The notes under the pieces are model-generated. The model was not told the origin of the DNA. It saw only the letters and a list, made by a program, of their open reading frames with translations, and ran no database searches. From positions 1-45,525 of the IMG/VR virus record IMGVR_UViG_3300017700_000628: 45,525 nucleotides of DNA, one strand, 5' to 3'. Source of the stretch: a virus. Taxonomy: Duplodnaviria; Caudoviricetes. Of the stretch, positions 27,305 to 35,083 are shown piece by piece. How positions within the stretch are numbered: the stretch's first letter is position 1; each line of letters starts with the position of its first letter. Position numbers and translations under genes: made by a program.

Positions 27305-27546
27305 AACCTACCTATGTCCGCGCAAGCGACTTCGACTTCCCTACCGGCTGGACCCCGGCTTCCGCTCGTTTTTGCCCGGCGATCGAGGCGAACGGCATCA
27401 CCCTGTACCACAGCAAGATATGGTGCCCGACGCAGCAGTCCGCCAAGCAAATGGCAGCTGACTTCGTTGACCAAGCTGCGACCCTCGGCGTCGGCCTCCG
27501 CATAGCCTTCGCCCTCAACCCCGACTGGAAGCGCTTCACCGAATAA
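27301..27546 (+). CDS. Hypothetical protein with DFPxGWTP motif
   Basis: DFPTGWTPASARF, with an ATGA overlap. Confidence 0.65.
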   Translation: MKPTYVRASDFDFPTGWTPASARFCPAIEANGITLYHSKIWCPTQQSAKQMAADFVDQAATLGVGLRIAFALNPDWKRFTE

Positions 27547-27552
27547 CGCTAC

Positions 27553-27594
27553 CTGCAGGGCTTCGGTCCTGCAGTGAGAGTCATTCGGGCTCAC
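27553..27594 (+). other. Intergenic tandem stem-loops
   Basis: CTGCAGGGC-TTCG-GTCCTGCAG followed by GTGAG...CTCAC just before an RBS. No U tract. Confidence 0.55.
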
Positions 27595-27601
27595 AAGGAA
27601 G

Positions 27602-27856
27602 ATGGAAATGGCGAACTCAAATTTTTACATGCACTGCCGTGGCGAAGACGGCAAGCAGTACATCGTAGGCGATGACTTCAAACTGCCCGTCAGCGTCAGT
27701 CACTCGACAACAATCAGTGACGGCAATATGGGCTCAACGACGCACCTTTTCTTCGACACCCTCGATGAAATGCGGGCATTCGTCGACGCAGCTAACACAG
27801 CCGTCGCCCGCGCCGAACAGCTTTCCGCGAAGGAGGCCGAAAATGCCCAAAACTAA
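27602..27856 (+). CDS. Hypothetical protein
   Basis: AAGGAAGATGGA leader, start at 27602 or 27608. Confidence 0.65.
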   Translation: MEMANSNFYMHCRGEDGKQYIVGDDFKLPVSVSHSTTISDGNMGSTTHLFFDTLDEMRAFVDAANTAVARAEQLSAKEAENAQN

Positions 27857-28058
27857 CGTCGAGTTCGTCACGGAACTCATGGAGTTCAGCAACTTCGGCG
27901 CCCTCGCCCAGCTTTTCGTCATCGACGCGCTCGACAAATGGTCCGCGCGGATAAAAGACGCTGACTTGTCCGACTGGGGCGACGACAGCTTCATCCACCC
28001 CGATGCCTGGAAAGGCGTCGCGGCTGAAATCAACCAAAAGCTCAAGGAGCGGAAATGA
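27843..28058 (+). CDS. Hypothetical protein (MPKTNVEFV...)
   Basis: AAGGAGG RBS and coupling. Confidence 0.65.
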   Translation: MPKTNVEFVTELMEFSNFGALAQLFVIDALDKWSARIKDADLSDWGDDSFIHPDAWKGVAAEINQKLKERK

Positions 28059-28339
28059 CCGTCATCCGCCCCGCTACCATTATTGGCGGGCTCCCGGTCA
28101 TCGTCGAGATAGCATTCGGCGTTGACGACTCGCCAGTGACTGGCCGGGAATATTGGTCAGAGGTCGAAGCCATCTTTTGGCGCAAGCGAGACGGGAGCAA
28201 GGGAAAGGAAATCCCTCAGCACGTTTGGGACAAAGCCGAAAAATACGACTCCGGCTTCTGCAATCTTATTGAGCAAGTCACAGAAGACCTTGCTCACGAA
28301 AACAACCAACCAACCGAGGAAATGGTGCAATTCACATGA
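28055..28339 (+). CDS. Hypothetical protein
   Basis: AAGGAG RBS and ATGA overlaps. Confidence 0.65.
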   Translation: MTVIRPATIIGGLPVIVEIAFGVDDSPVTGREYWSEVEAIFWRKRDGSKGKEIPQHVWDKAEKYDSGFCNLIEQVTEDLAHENNQPTEEMVQFT

Positions 28340-28782
28340 CCGACATCCTATTCGGCCTGCCAGTCGTCCACGTCGAGGAAGTTATCGACCTGCCCGACAA
28401 GATGTCCGACCTGCTTTCCCTCGCCCTCGATGCATTGGAAGCCTGCGAGGCGGACCCGAACTACTTCGTCTACATGGGGGAGTACCACAAGCCAGCCGAT
28501 GACGGCACATGCTCCGTATGCCTCGCCGGCAGCGCCATGGCGAAAGTTCTCGGGGCGGATAAAACTCGCTGGCTCTGGCCGGACAACTTCGACGACCGGC
28601 TGGAAAAGAAACTTCGTGCCATCGACCGGCTGCGCCAGGGTCGGGTGTACGAAGCAGCTAAAGAGCTTGGTATCGCCGCTCCCTTCGATTCCGTTGCTAT
28701 TCCTTATTACAGCGTTTCCCCCGAAGAATTCAAAGCCGTTCTGCGCGGTCTTGCGGCAAAGTTGAAGGAGCTTGGAGCATGA
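28336..28782 (+). CDS. Hypothetical protein with CxxCLAG motif
   Basis: YMGEYH...TCSVCLAG, coupled to neighbours. Confidence 0.65.
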   Translation: MTDILFGLPVVHVEEVIDLPDKMSDLLSLALDALEACEADPNYFVYMGEYHKPADDGTCSVCLAGSAMAKVLGADKTRWLWPDNFDDRLEKKLRAIDRLRQGRVYEAAKELGIAAPFDSVAIPYYSVSPEEFKAVLRGLAAKLKELGA

Positions 28783-29180
28783 GCGACCCCACCCCGGAAG
28801 CCGTCGCGGCGGCGAAGGCCAATGTTGATGCCTATCTGGCGATGATCAAGCCAGACGCCGCCCTCGTGTGGTGGATGAAAGATGCAGTGCCACTGCGAGC
28901 CGCCCTCACCGCGAGCGAGGCGCGGGAGGCTGCACAGGCCGAACGCATCGCCGCCCTGGAGGTCGAGGTGAAGGGGCTGCGGGAGGTGGACGAAGGGGTC
29001 TACGCGGAGGCTGTGGATCTCGCGGTGAAGGACTGTTTTCCGGTCATCGCGTTCATATCCCCCATCGCTTGTAACATGCTTGGCCGCAAGCTGGTCAGGC
29101 GCATCCCCGAAGTCGCCGCTGAATTTGCCGAGAGAGCCAAAGCCCGCGCGGCGCTCGACGGGAAGGCGGTGGGGGGATGA
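28779..29180 (+). CDS. Hypothetical protein (coiled coil)
   Basis: ATGA overlaps. Confidence 0.6.
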   Translation: MSDPTPEAVAAAKANVDAYLAMIKPDAALVWWMKDAVPLRAALTASEAREAAQAERIAALEVEVKGLREVDEGVYAEAVDLAVKDCFPVIAFISPIACNMLGRKLVRRIPEVAAEFAERAKARAALDGKAVGG

Positions 29181-29404
29181 GCGAGCCGTCATTCAAGCGG
29201 ACCCTAAACCAGCACGGCGTCAAGTCATCCTGCGACCAGTGGAGGACCGTCAACGGGCGGCATTTCTCTCACTGGACCTCTGACGGCGTAGAGGAAGCAG
29301 CGGTCGCGCTGAGAAAGGCCGGTGTTCGCTGTCGCAGATTCGGCGGCGAGCTTTACGTCGATCAAGATGACTTAGCCAAAGCAGCGAAAGGCCCCACCCC
29401 ATGA
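29177..29404 (+). CDS. Hypothetical protein
   Basis: ATGA overlaps. Confidence 0.6.
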   Translation: MSEPSFKRTLNQHGVKSSCDQWRTVNGRHFSHWTSDGVEEAAVALRKAGVRCRRFGGELYVDQDDLAKAAKGPTP

Positions 29405-29730
29405 CTGACCTGATCGCCCGGCTGCGGGAAAGTCTGGCTAATGCTGATGAGGCTGCGAAGTGGCCTCACCTGAATGACATGTGCCTTATCGAAAGAGACG
29501 ACTTGCGTGCTGCTCTCGAATTGCTCGACCCCGAGCCCTCCCGCATCCGGGCGGCGGTGGAGGGGGAGACTGAACGGTGCGCGGGGATCGTCAAATCCGT
29601 CGTGGACCACAACGCCCATATCCACACAGTCTATCGCAAGATCGAACTGCCAACAGAAGCCAAAATGGCAGATGGCGTTCGCAAAGTCTGTGAGCGCATT
29701 GAAGCCGCCATCCGAGCGAGGACGCCATGA
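29401..29730 (+). CDS. Hypothetical protein
   Basis: MTDLIARLR start and ERCAGI...IEAAIRAR, typical of phage accessory proteins. ATGA overlaps. Confidence 0.6.
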   Translation: MTDLIARLRESLANADEAAKWPHLNDMCLIERDDLRAALELLDPEPSRIRAAVEGETERCAGIVKSVVDHNAHIHTVYRKIELPTEAKMADGVRKVCERIEAAIRARTP

Positions 29731-29915
29731 GCCAACTGTATGCAGTCAAGCTTGCGAATGGGAATTGGTGGAGACCGCCGGCCGCTACAGTAATTATTTC
29801 CTCGAAAGAGGGATGCTACAGCGCGATTAATGAGTGGAAGTGCTATTTTCCTGAACTCCTTTTATCCGCAAAAGTCGTCCCCATCCGCCTAGAGGAGGCC
29901 CCCGATGCCCGGTGA
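29727..29915 (+). CDS. Hypothetical protein
   Basis: Coupled ORF. Confidence 0.5.
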   Translation: MSQLYAVKLANGNWWRPPAATVIISSKEGCYSAINEWKCYFPELLLSAKVVPIRLEEAPDAR

Positions 29916-30141
29916 CACCGATGACGATTTCTTCGGCCTTCCGTCTGTCGGCTCGCCTGAATGCAGAGCCGCCGTCGAAGCCCGTCACAAGGATTGGACG
30001 CCACGCGCCGGCACAGTCTCCAACCCGCTGCCAAGCCTCGAATGGCCGGGGGATGACAAGCCGTCAAGCTGGTACGGAATAAATCCAAAGGGCCAACTGA
30101 CTAAGGTCTACCGCTCATACGAGGACTATTGCGATGACTGA
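29905..30141 (+). CDS. Hypothetical protein (C-terminal VYRSYEDYCDD)
   Basis: GAGGAGG RBS. Confidence 0.6.
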   Translation: MPGDTDDDFFGLPSVGSPECRAAVEARHKDWTPRAGTVSNPLPSLEWPGDDKPSSWYGINPKGQLTKVYRSYEDYCDD

Positions 30142-30421
30142 CACCCCCGACCTCCGCGCCGCCATCGCCACCGTCAGGGCGGCGGGGTTCAGGGTCGCGC
30201 AATACGATGACGAGCATCTGGCAGCGCTCGGTGTCGAGTTATGGAATTCGCGAGACTACTGGGCGCGACTGAACGGCAACGGGCATATGTACACGGCCTC
30301 TGCCATTGAGCGCGCCAACCTTCGCGTAATCAAAGCGCGCGAATCCTTCAAATCCTATCTGGACGAAGGCGACCCGGAACTGACGCGAGCCGCCATGGTC
30401 GCGGCAGGAGAGGTGAAATGA
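30134..30421 (+). CDS. Hypothetical protein
   Basis: GAGG RBS and coupling. Confidence 0.6.
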   Translation: MTDTPDLRAAIATVRAAGFRVAQYDDEHLAALGVELWNSRDYWARLNGNGHMYTASAIERANLRVIKARESFKSYLDEGDPELTRAAMVAAGEVK

Positions 30422-30609
30422 GCGCCGAGGAAATCGCGATGAAGCTGTGGACGGAACTGCACCGCCAATACCACGATGGCAGCGGCATGACGGCTTATGT
30501 CGAGACATGGCACGACGAGGTCCGCGCCAACCCGCGCGACGTGTGTATCGACGGGCATCTGGACCTCGTCGCCATGGTGGAATTCGTGCTGAAGGAGGGC
30601 GGGAGGTGA
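30418..30609 (+). CDS. Hypothetical protein
   Basis: GGAGAGG RBS and ATGA overlap. Confidence 0.6.
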   Translation: MSAEEIAMKLWTELHRQYHDGSGMTAYVETWHDEVRANPRDVCIDGHLDLVAMVEFVLKEGGR

Positions 30610-30764
30610 TCTGCAAGCTATGCAAGGGTTCCGGCAATCTCGTCTGCAGCGACCACACCGGCCAGCTTCTTTGGTGGCCGTGCGTATCGTGCGGTGCGAC
30701 CGGCGTCACCATTCAACACGGCCCGGCATTGATCGGCCCCGGCACAAGAAAGCGCACCCCATGA
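30606..30764 (+). CDS. Small zinc-finger protein (DnaJ-type CxxCxGxG)
   Basis: CKLCKGSG...CVSCGATG, with a GTGA overlap. Confidence 0.55.
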   Translation: MICKLCKGSGNLVCSDHTGQLLWWPCVSCGATGVTIQHGPALIGPGTRKRTP

Positions 30765-31000
30765 CCGCCCCCGACCCCGCCGTCGAGGCGCTGGCGAATG
30801 TGCTGAAGCCCATAATGGGCAGCATGTTTTTCAAGCTACCGGACATCGACTTCGCAATCATTTCAGATGGCATCCTCGCCGCGATCCGAGCCGGGCAGGT
30901 GCCGGGGGTTGGTGTAGAGTCGCCGACGTTCATTGGCGCAACAATCGGCCCCTCAGATCAGCGGGTTCACTACATACCCGCGCCACCGGAGGCAGAATGA
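30761..31000 (+). CDS. Hypothetical protein
   Basis: ATGA overlaps. Confidence 0.55.
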   Translation: MTAPDPAVEALANVLKPIMGSMFFKLPDIDFAIISDGILAAIRAGQVPGVGVESPTFIGATIGPSDQRVHYIPAPPEAE

Positions 31001-31254
31001 CCTACTTTCGTTCAAAAAAACTCACCAAACAGCAAGTCCAAGAAATCTTCCTCTCAACGGACAAGCTTATCGTCATCGCTAAACAATACAAAATCAGCGA
31101 AGCGACTGTAAGTCTAATCCGCAACAGCAAACGCCACGAGCCTTTCACAAGGAACCTCCCATGTCCAGCTACGACCCCGATCGATCCCGGTTCAACTACA
31201 TCGCCAACCCCGAGCGACTCTTGCTCCACTCCATCACCCCGGCCACCCCGGTGA
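30997..31254 (+). CDS. Small helix-turn-helix DNA-binding protein
   Basis: KLTKQQVQEI...IAKQYKISEATVSLIR, with a GGAGG RBS. Confidence 0.65.
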   Translation: MTYFRSKKLTKQQVQEIFLSTDKLIVIAKQYKISEATVSLIRNSKRHEPFTRNLPCPATTPIDPGSTTSPTPSDSCSTPSPRPPR

Positions 31255-31373
31255 GCGGCCCGCACGAGTTCACCCCCTGGACCTTACGTCCTTCCGTCTG
31301 CAAGCTGTGCCTCCGGCCCAAACACAAATGCACTGCACTCTCCCCTTCCAATCCCGCCGAGGCTGTGGTATAA
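31161..31373 (+). CDS. Hypothetical protein with CxxC..H motif
   Basis: AAGGA RBS. Overlaps the low-complexity tail of the HTH ORF. Confidence 0.4.
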   Translation: MSSYDPDRSRFNYIANPERLLLHSITPATPVSGPHEFTPWTLRPSVCKLCLRPKHKCTALSPSNPAEAVV

Positions 31374-31374
31374 T
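31346..31374 (+). promoter_or_regulatory. Putative sigma70 promoter with extended -10
   Basis: TTCCAA-N17-TATAAT with TG at 31366-31367, and an AAGGAG RBS downstream. Confidence 0.7.
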
Positions 31375-31398
31375 GGCCCCGGCAGCAAGGAGTCCCCA

Positions 31399-31677
31399 AT
31401 GCGTTTAAGCCTCGGCCCGAACGGAGATATGCAGGCGCATATCAAATCCGCCGACTCCGATACGGAGCACGCAGTCCGTGTGCCGCTGACCGAGAACGGC
31501 GTCCGCTTTCTCCATCACCTGCTGGTCCAGCAGACGAAAGCCCCGCAGGCCAAGATCGGCACCCTCGCCTCCCCAACGCAGCAGGACGCCGATCTTTGGC
31601 TCCGTCGCGACGCCGCGAAGAAAGCTGACGCCGCCTATCCCGACATCGATCGCTCAAAGCTGAAAGTATCCCTATGA
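31399..31677 (+). CDS. Hypothetical protein ending LKVSL
   Basis: Promoter and RBS upstream, ATGA coupling downstream. Confidence 0.7.
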   Translation: MRLSLGPNGDMQAHIKSADSDTEHAVRVPLTENGVRFLHHLLVQQTKAPQAKIGTLASPTQQDADLWLRRDAAKKADAAYPDIDRSKLKVSL

Positions 31678-32066
31678 CCTCCCTCGCCATGTTTGAAGAC
31701 GTGAAGGAAATTCTCGACCAGGCGCTTGCCTCGGGCGGCGGCGAAGTCACTCTCGCATCCCCCGGCCAGGCAGTCCGTTGGAGGCAGCGGGCCTACCAGT
31801 TCCGCAAGCTCATGCGGGGCAAGGTGGACTACTCGATCTACGATCGGCTTACGCTGAACAAGCTCGAAGACGGCTCCGCAGTCGTGACGATCAAGGTCAT
31901 TCAGCAGGCAGCCGTCTTTGCACCGGCCGCTGACGGCATCCCGGTGAAACTTCCGGAGCCGACGCTGAAAAAGCCCTCCGCCCGGCTCCGCAAAGTCGCA
32001 ACGACCGACGACCTGCAGGAAGCAGCCGACGCCATCGCGGAGAAGCTGAAGGGGGACATCTTTTGA
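31674..32066 (+). CDS. Hypothetical protein
   Basis: Coupled ORF with phage-like codon usage. Confidence 0.7.
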   Translation: MTSLAMFEDVKEILDQALASGGGEVTLASPGQAVRWRQRAYQFRKLMRGKVDYSIYDRLTLNKLEDGSAVVTIKVIQQAAVFAPAADGIPVKLPEPTLKKPSARLRKVATTDDLQEAADAIAEKLKGDIF

Positions 32067-32335
32067 TTCTTATCTACGACCTTCCTCCCGGCGTCCGCTT
32101 TTATTCCATCCAGCGCCACTACGCCGTCGGCCCCTACCGCGTGGGGCTGATGAAGGAGATCAAACTCCCCAACGGCAAGCTGGGGGAAATCTACGGTCAG
32201 GGGTTTTCAAAAGACCTCACCGAAGCAGCGGCCCTTGCCTTAGCAGACATCGACTTAAGCCTCAGACGGCGGGCATTCATCGAGCGCGGAGAGGCCATCG
32301 ACCCATCGCTTTCCGCAGTTAAAATATCTTTGTGA
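32063..32335 (+). CDS. Hypothetical protein ending VKISL
   Basis: TTGA overlap and G-rich RBS. Confidence 0.6.
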   Translation: MILIYDLPPGVRFYSIQRHYAVGPYRVGLMKEIKLPNGKLGEIYGQGFSKDLTEAAALALADIDLSLRRRAFIERGEAIDPSLSAVKISL

Positions 32336-32341
32336 GGACAT

Positions 32342-32506
32342 ATGGCAGAACCATTGTACTTCAAAGACGGCCTAATCCCCGCTGACCGGGCTTGGGCAAT
32401 ATACGACGGGAAAACTATCCGGGTTTACCTGAAAGGTGAATTGATAGCTGACCTGCCGTTTGAGACTTTCGCCGCACTTCAAAACGCACTGGAGGCAGTA
32501 GAATGA
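32342..32506 (+). CDS. Hypothetical protein, 54 aa (not in ORF track)
   Basis: GAGGA RBS. Translated by hand as MAEPLYFKDG...NALEAVE, with an ATGA overlap to the next gene. Confidence 0.55.
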   Translation: MAEPLYFKDGLIPADRAWAIYDGKTIRVYLKGELIADLPFETFAALQNALEAVE

Positions 32507-32727
32507 CTGGAAGTTCCCGCTACGAAAAACGCTACCTCGGCGACGGCCTGTACGCCGACTACGACGGATACCAAATTCGTCTCTACACTATGGAAGGCGC
32601 CGAGGTCTTTCTCGAACCCTCCACTTACGAAGCGCTGATCCAGTACCAGCGCGGACTGGCCGACCCTATCCACGACGACGCAAACATTATGCTGAGGAGC
32701 ACTTCCGATGAAATCTCGAATAGTTAA
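32503..32727 (+). CDS. Hypothetical protein (YLGDGLYADYDGYQI motif)
   Basis: GGAGG RBS. The motif recurs in small phage proteins. Confidence 0.65.
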   Translation: MTGSSRYEKRYLGDGLYADYDGYQIRLYTMEGAEVFLEPSTYEALIQYQRGLADPIHDDANIMLRSTSDEISNS

Positions 32728-33022
32728 AATAAGAGTTCCGCCCGACCTTGCGGCTGAACTTGATCTAATCCTCAACGAGCGAAAACTTTCCATTGAAGAT
32801 GCAGCTTTGCTGTATCTCCGGTCTATGGTGGCAAACGCCACTCGGGACCGCTGTCTTTTTCTTTCCGACAAAATGCAGTTCGGAAAATTCAAAGGCTCCA
32901 CTCTTGAGACCGTGATAAAAGCACAGCCAGATTACGTGGTCTGGCTTCTGACTAATTCCAAATCCTTCTCAATCGAGATTGAGGCAATGGAATTACTCAA
33001 CGACATTATGTCAGGAGATTAA
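32708..33022 (+). CDS. Ribbon-helix-helix-like domain fused to an FGK.KG...PDY..WL (DUF3820 / ExoX C-terminal-like) domain
   Basis: N-terminal IVKIRVPPDLAAEL and C-terminal MQFGKFKG...QPDYVVWL. Confidence 0.6.
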   Translation: MKSRIVKIRVPPDLAAELDLILNERKLSIEDAALLYLRSMVANATRDRCLFLSDKMQFGKFKGSTLETVIKAQPDYVVWLLTNSKSFSIEIEAMELLNDIMSGD

Positions 33023-33024
33023 AC

Positions 33025-34452
33025 TTGTCCTTCACCCCCACCCTCGAACAGCTTGCCATCGTCGAAGCAGCTGTCTCGTCTTCGGACAACCTCCTCATCG
33101 AGGCCCTCGCAGGCGCGGCCAAGACTTCTACCCTGGTCCTCATCGCGGAAGCCCTGCCCGGCGAGCGCATCCTTTCCCTCGCCTTCAACAAGCGCATCGC
33201 GACGGAAATGACCGCCCGCCTGCCGTCGAACTGCGAGGCCAAAACCCTCAACGGTCTCGGCCACGGCGTTTGGGCTGACGCTATCGGTCGGCGCCTGACC
33301 ATTGACACAGGCAAGGTGTACAAAATACTGTCCACCCTCATCGCCAAGCTGCCGAAAGACCTGCAGTCCGCTGCCTACGCCGCTCTCGCCGAGCTTATCC
33401 AAGCCGTCAGCTTTGGCAAAGCCTGCGGGTACGTCCCTGCCGGCGTCGACAAGATGAAACGCCTCATGGACGATGGCGAGTTCTTCTCCCACCTCGAGGA
33501 AGAACTCGAGCCTTGGAAGCAGGAGCTTATCGCCGAAGCTTCCGCCATCTCCATCAAGCAGGCGTGGCAGGGCCTGTGCGACTTCGACGATCAAATCCTC
33601 ATGCCGACGCTCGCTACCGGCGTCTTTCCCCGATACCCGCTCGTCTTGATCGACGAGGCCCAGGACCTATCCGCCCTCAACCACGCCATGCTGCAGAAGC
33701 TGGTGAAAAAGCGGATCATTGCAGTCGGCGACTCGGCCCAGGCCATCTACGGTTTCCGAGGGGCGCATCAGGACAGTATGTCCTTGCTCGCCCAGCAGTT
33801 CACCATGAAGCGGTTGTCGCTGACAATCTCCTTCCGCTGCCCTCGCGCCGTTGTCGAGGCCGCTCGTTTCCGCGCCCCGATGATGCGCTATCCTGAGTGG
33901 GCGATCGAGGGGGAGGTCGCGCACCTCGGCGAGTGGACGCCCGCTACCATCCCCGACTACGCCTCCGTTCTGTGCCGCAACAACTCCCCGCTCTTCTCCG
34001 TCGCCATCAAGCTGTTGAAGGCCGGCCGCTACCCCGAGCTTATCGGCAACGACATCGGCAAGGGGCTGCTGAAGATCATGTCGAAGTTCGGTCCTCCGAA
34101 AATGCCCAAGGCCGACGTGCTCTCCGCGATCGAAACGTGGCGGTCAGAGAAACTGGAAAAGTCCCGCGCCATCGCCTCCGTCAACGACAAGGCCGACTGC
34201 CTCATCATCTTCGCCTCGATGGGCGACAACCTGGGCGAGGCAATTGCCTACGCCGAGCACATCTTCGCCTCGTCCGGCCCCATCAAACTCATGACTGTCC
34301 ACAAAGCCAAGGGCCTTGAGTTCGATGATGTCTTTTTCCTCGACCACCAACTGATCGGCAAGGAGAAGCAGGAGCCGAACCTGCGTTACGTCGCCATCAC
34401 CCGAGCCAAGAAGCGGCTCACCTACATACGCTCGGACGACTTCAGAGCGTGA
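33025..34452 (+). CDS. Superfamily 1 (UvrD/Rep-like) helicase, 475 aa
   Basis: EALAGAAKT, LAFNK, LIDEAQD, VGDSAQAIYGFRGA, SFRCP, TVHKAKGLEFD and YVAITRAK motifs. Confidence 0.92.
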   Translation: MSFTPTLEQLAIVEAAVSSSDNLLIEALAGAAKTSTLVLIAEALPGERILSLAFNKRIATEMTARLPSNCEAKTLNGLGHGVWADAIGRRLTIDTGKVYKILSTLIAKLPKDLQSAAYAALAELIQAVSFGKACGYVPAGVDKMKRLMDDGEFFSHLEEELEPWKQELIAEASAISIKQAWQGLCDFDDQILMPTLATGVFPRYPLVLIDEAQDLSALNHAMLQKLVKKRIIAVGDSAQAIYGFRGAHQDSMSLLAQQFTMKRLSLTISFRCPRAVVEAARFRAPMMRYPEWAIEGEVAHLGEWTPATIPDYASVLCRNNSPLFSVAIKLLKAGRYPELIGNDIGKGLLKIMSKFGPPKMPKADVLSAIETWRSEKLEKSRAIASVNDKADCLIIFASMGDNLGEAIAYAEHIFASSGPIKLMTVHKAKGLEFDDVFFLDHQLIGKEKQEPNLRYVAITRAKKRLTYIRSDDFRA

Positions 34453-34454
34453 TA

Positions 34455-34484
34455 CATACCCTTACACCCTGTAATCATACATAC
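34455..34484. promoter_or_regulatory. Quasi-palindromic phage site, copy D (CATACCCTTAC-ACCCT-GTAATCATACATAC)
   Basis: 26/30 identical to 22673-22702, and 17 bp upstream of a TTGACA -35 box. Confidence 0.7.
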
Positions 34485-34501
34485 GGGGCTGCAATTACCC
34501 G

Positions 34502-34529
34502 TTGACATTTGGCCACAAAGCCGTAAGAT
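34502..34529 (+). promoter_or_regulatory. Putative sigma70 promoter
   Basis: TTGACA-N16-TAAGAT in an intergenic gap. Confidence 0.7.
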
Positions 34530-34579
34530 CGTCAACGGTTCACCGGGGCATTCCGCCCATCAAGCCAAGGAAACAGACA

Positions 34580-35083
34580 ATGACCACCAAGACCAAGCTG
34601 ATTGCAGGTATCGCCTTCGTCCTTTCGCAGCCATACGCCGCTGGTCACATCGTGACCGACGCCGAAGCCAAGGCGCTCAATCAGGTCCGCTCCGAGAACA
34701 TCGGAAACAACGTGCGCGAAAAGGTGAAGGAGCTGGCCGCTGCCGGCGACGAAGCCGCCGCTCACGCCCTCGTCGCCGAGAAGGACGCCGAGTATGTCTT
34801 CAACTTCTCGGCCGTCAGCGCCGCTCGCAAGCTGGACCCCGAAGAGGCCGAGGCCCGCAAGATCGCCAAGGACCTCATCAAGGCCCACCTGGCCGAGAAC
34901 GGCCGCAAGCTCACCGTCGCCCCCGAGGGCACCACGAAGGAAGAGTGGGAGGAGAAGATCGACGCCGAGATCGATCGCATCGCCGCGACCCCCGAGGTGC
35001 TCAAGGTCGCGAAGAAGAACGTCGCCGACAAGAAGAAGCGTTCGGAGCAGCTGCTCGGCGCCGTCGGCGGAGTTTCCGTCTAA
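34580..35083 (+). CDS. Charged helical protein of unknown function, probably highly expressed, 167 aa
   Basis: Has its own promoter and an AAGGA RBS, with strongly biased codons (GCC, AAG, GAG). Confidence 0.8.
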   Translation: MTTKTKLIAGIAFVLSQPYAAGHIVTDAEAKALNQVRSENIGNNVREKVKELAAAGDEAAAHALVAEKDAEYVFNFSAVSAARKLDPEEAEARKIAKDLIKAHLAENGRKLTVAPEGTTKEEWEEKIDAEIDRIAATPEVLKVAKKNVADKKKRSEQLLGAVGGVSV

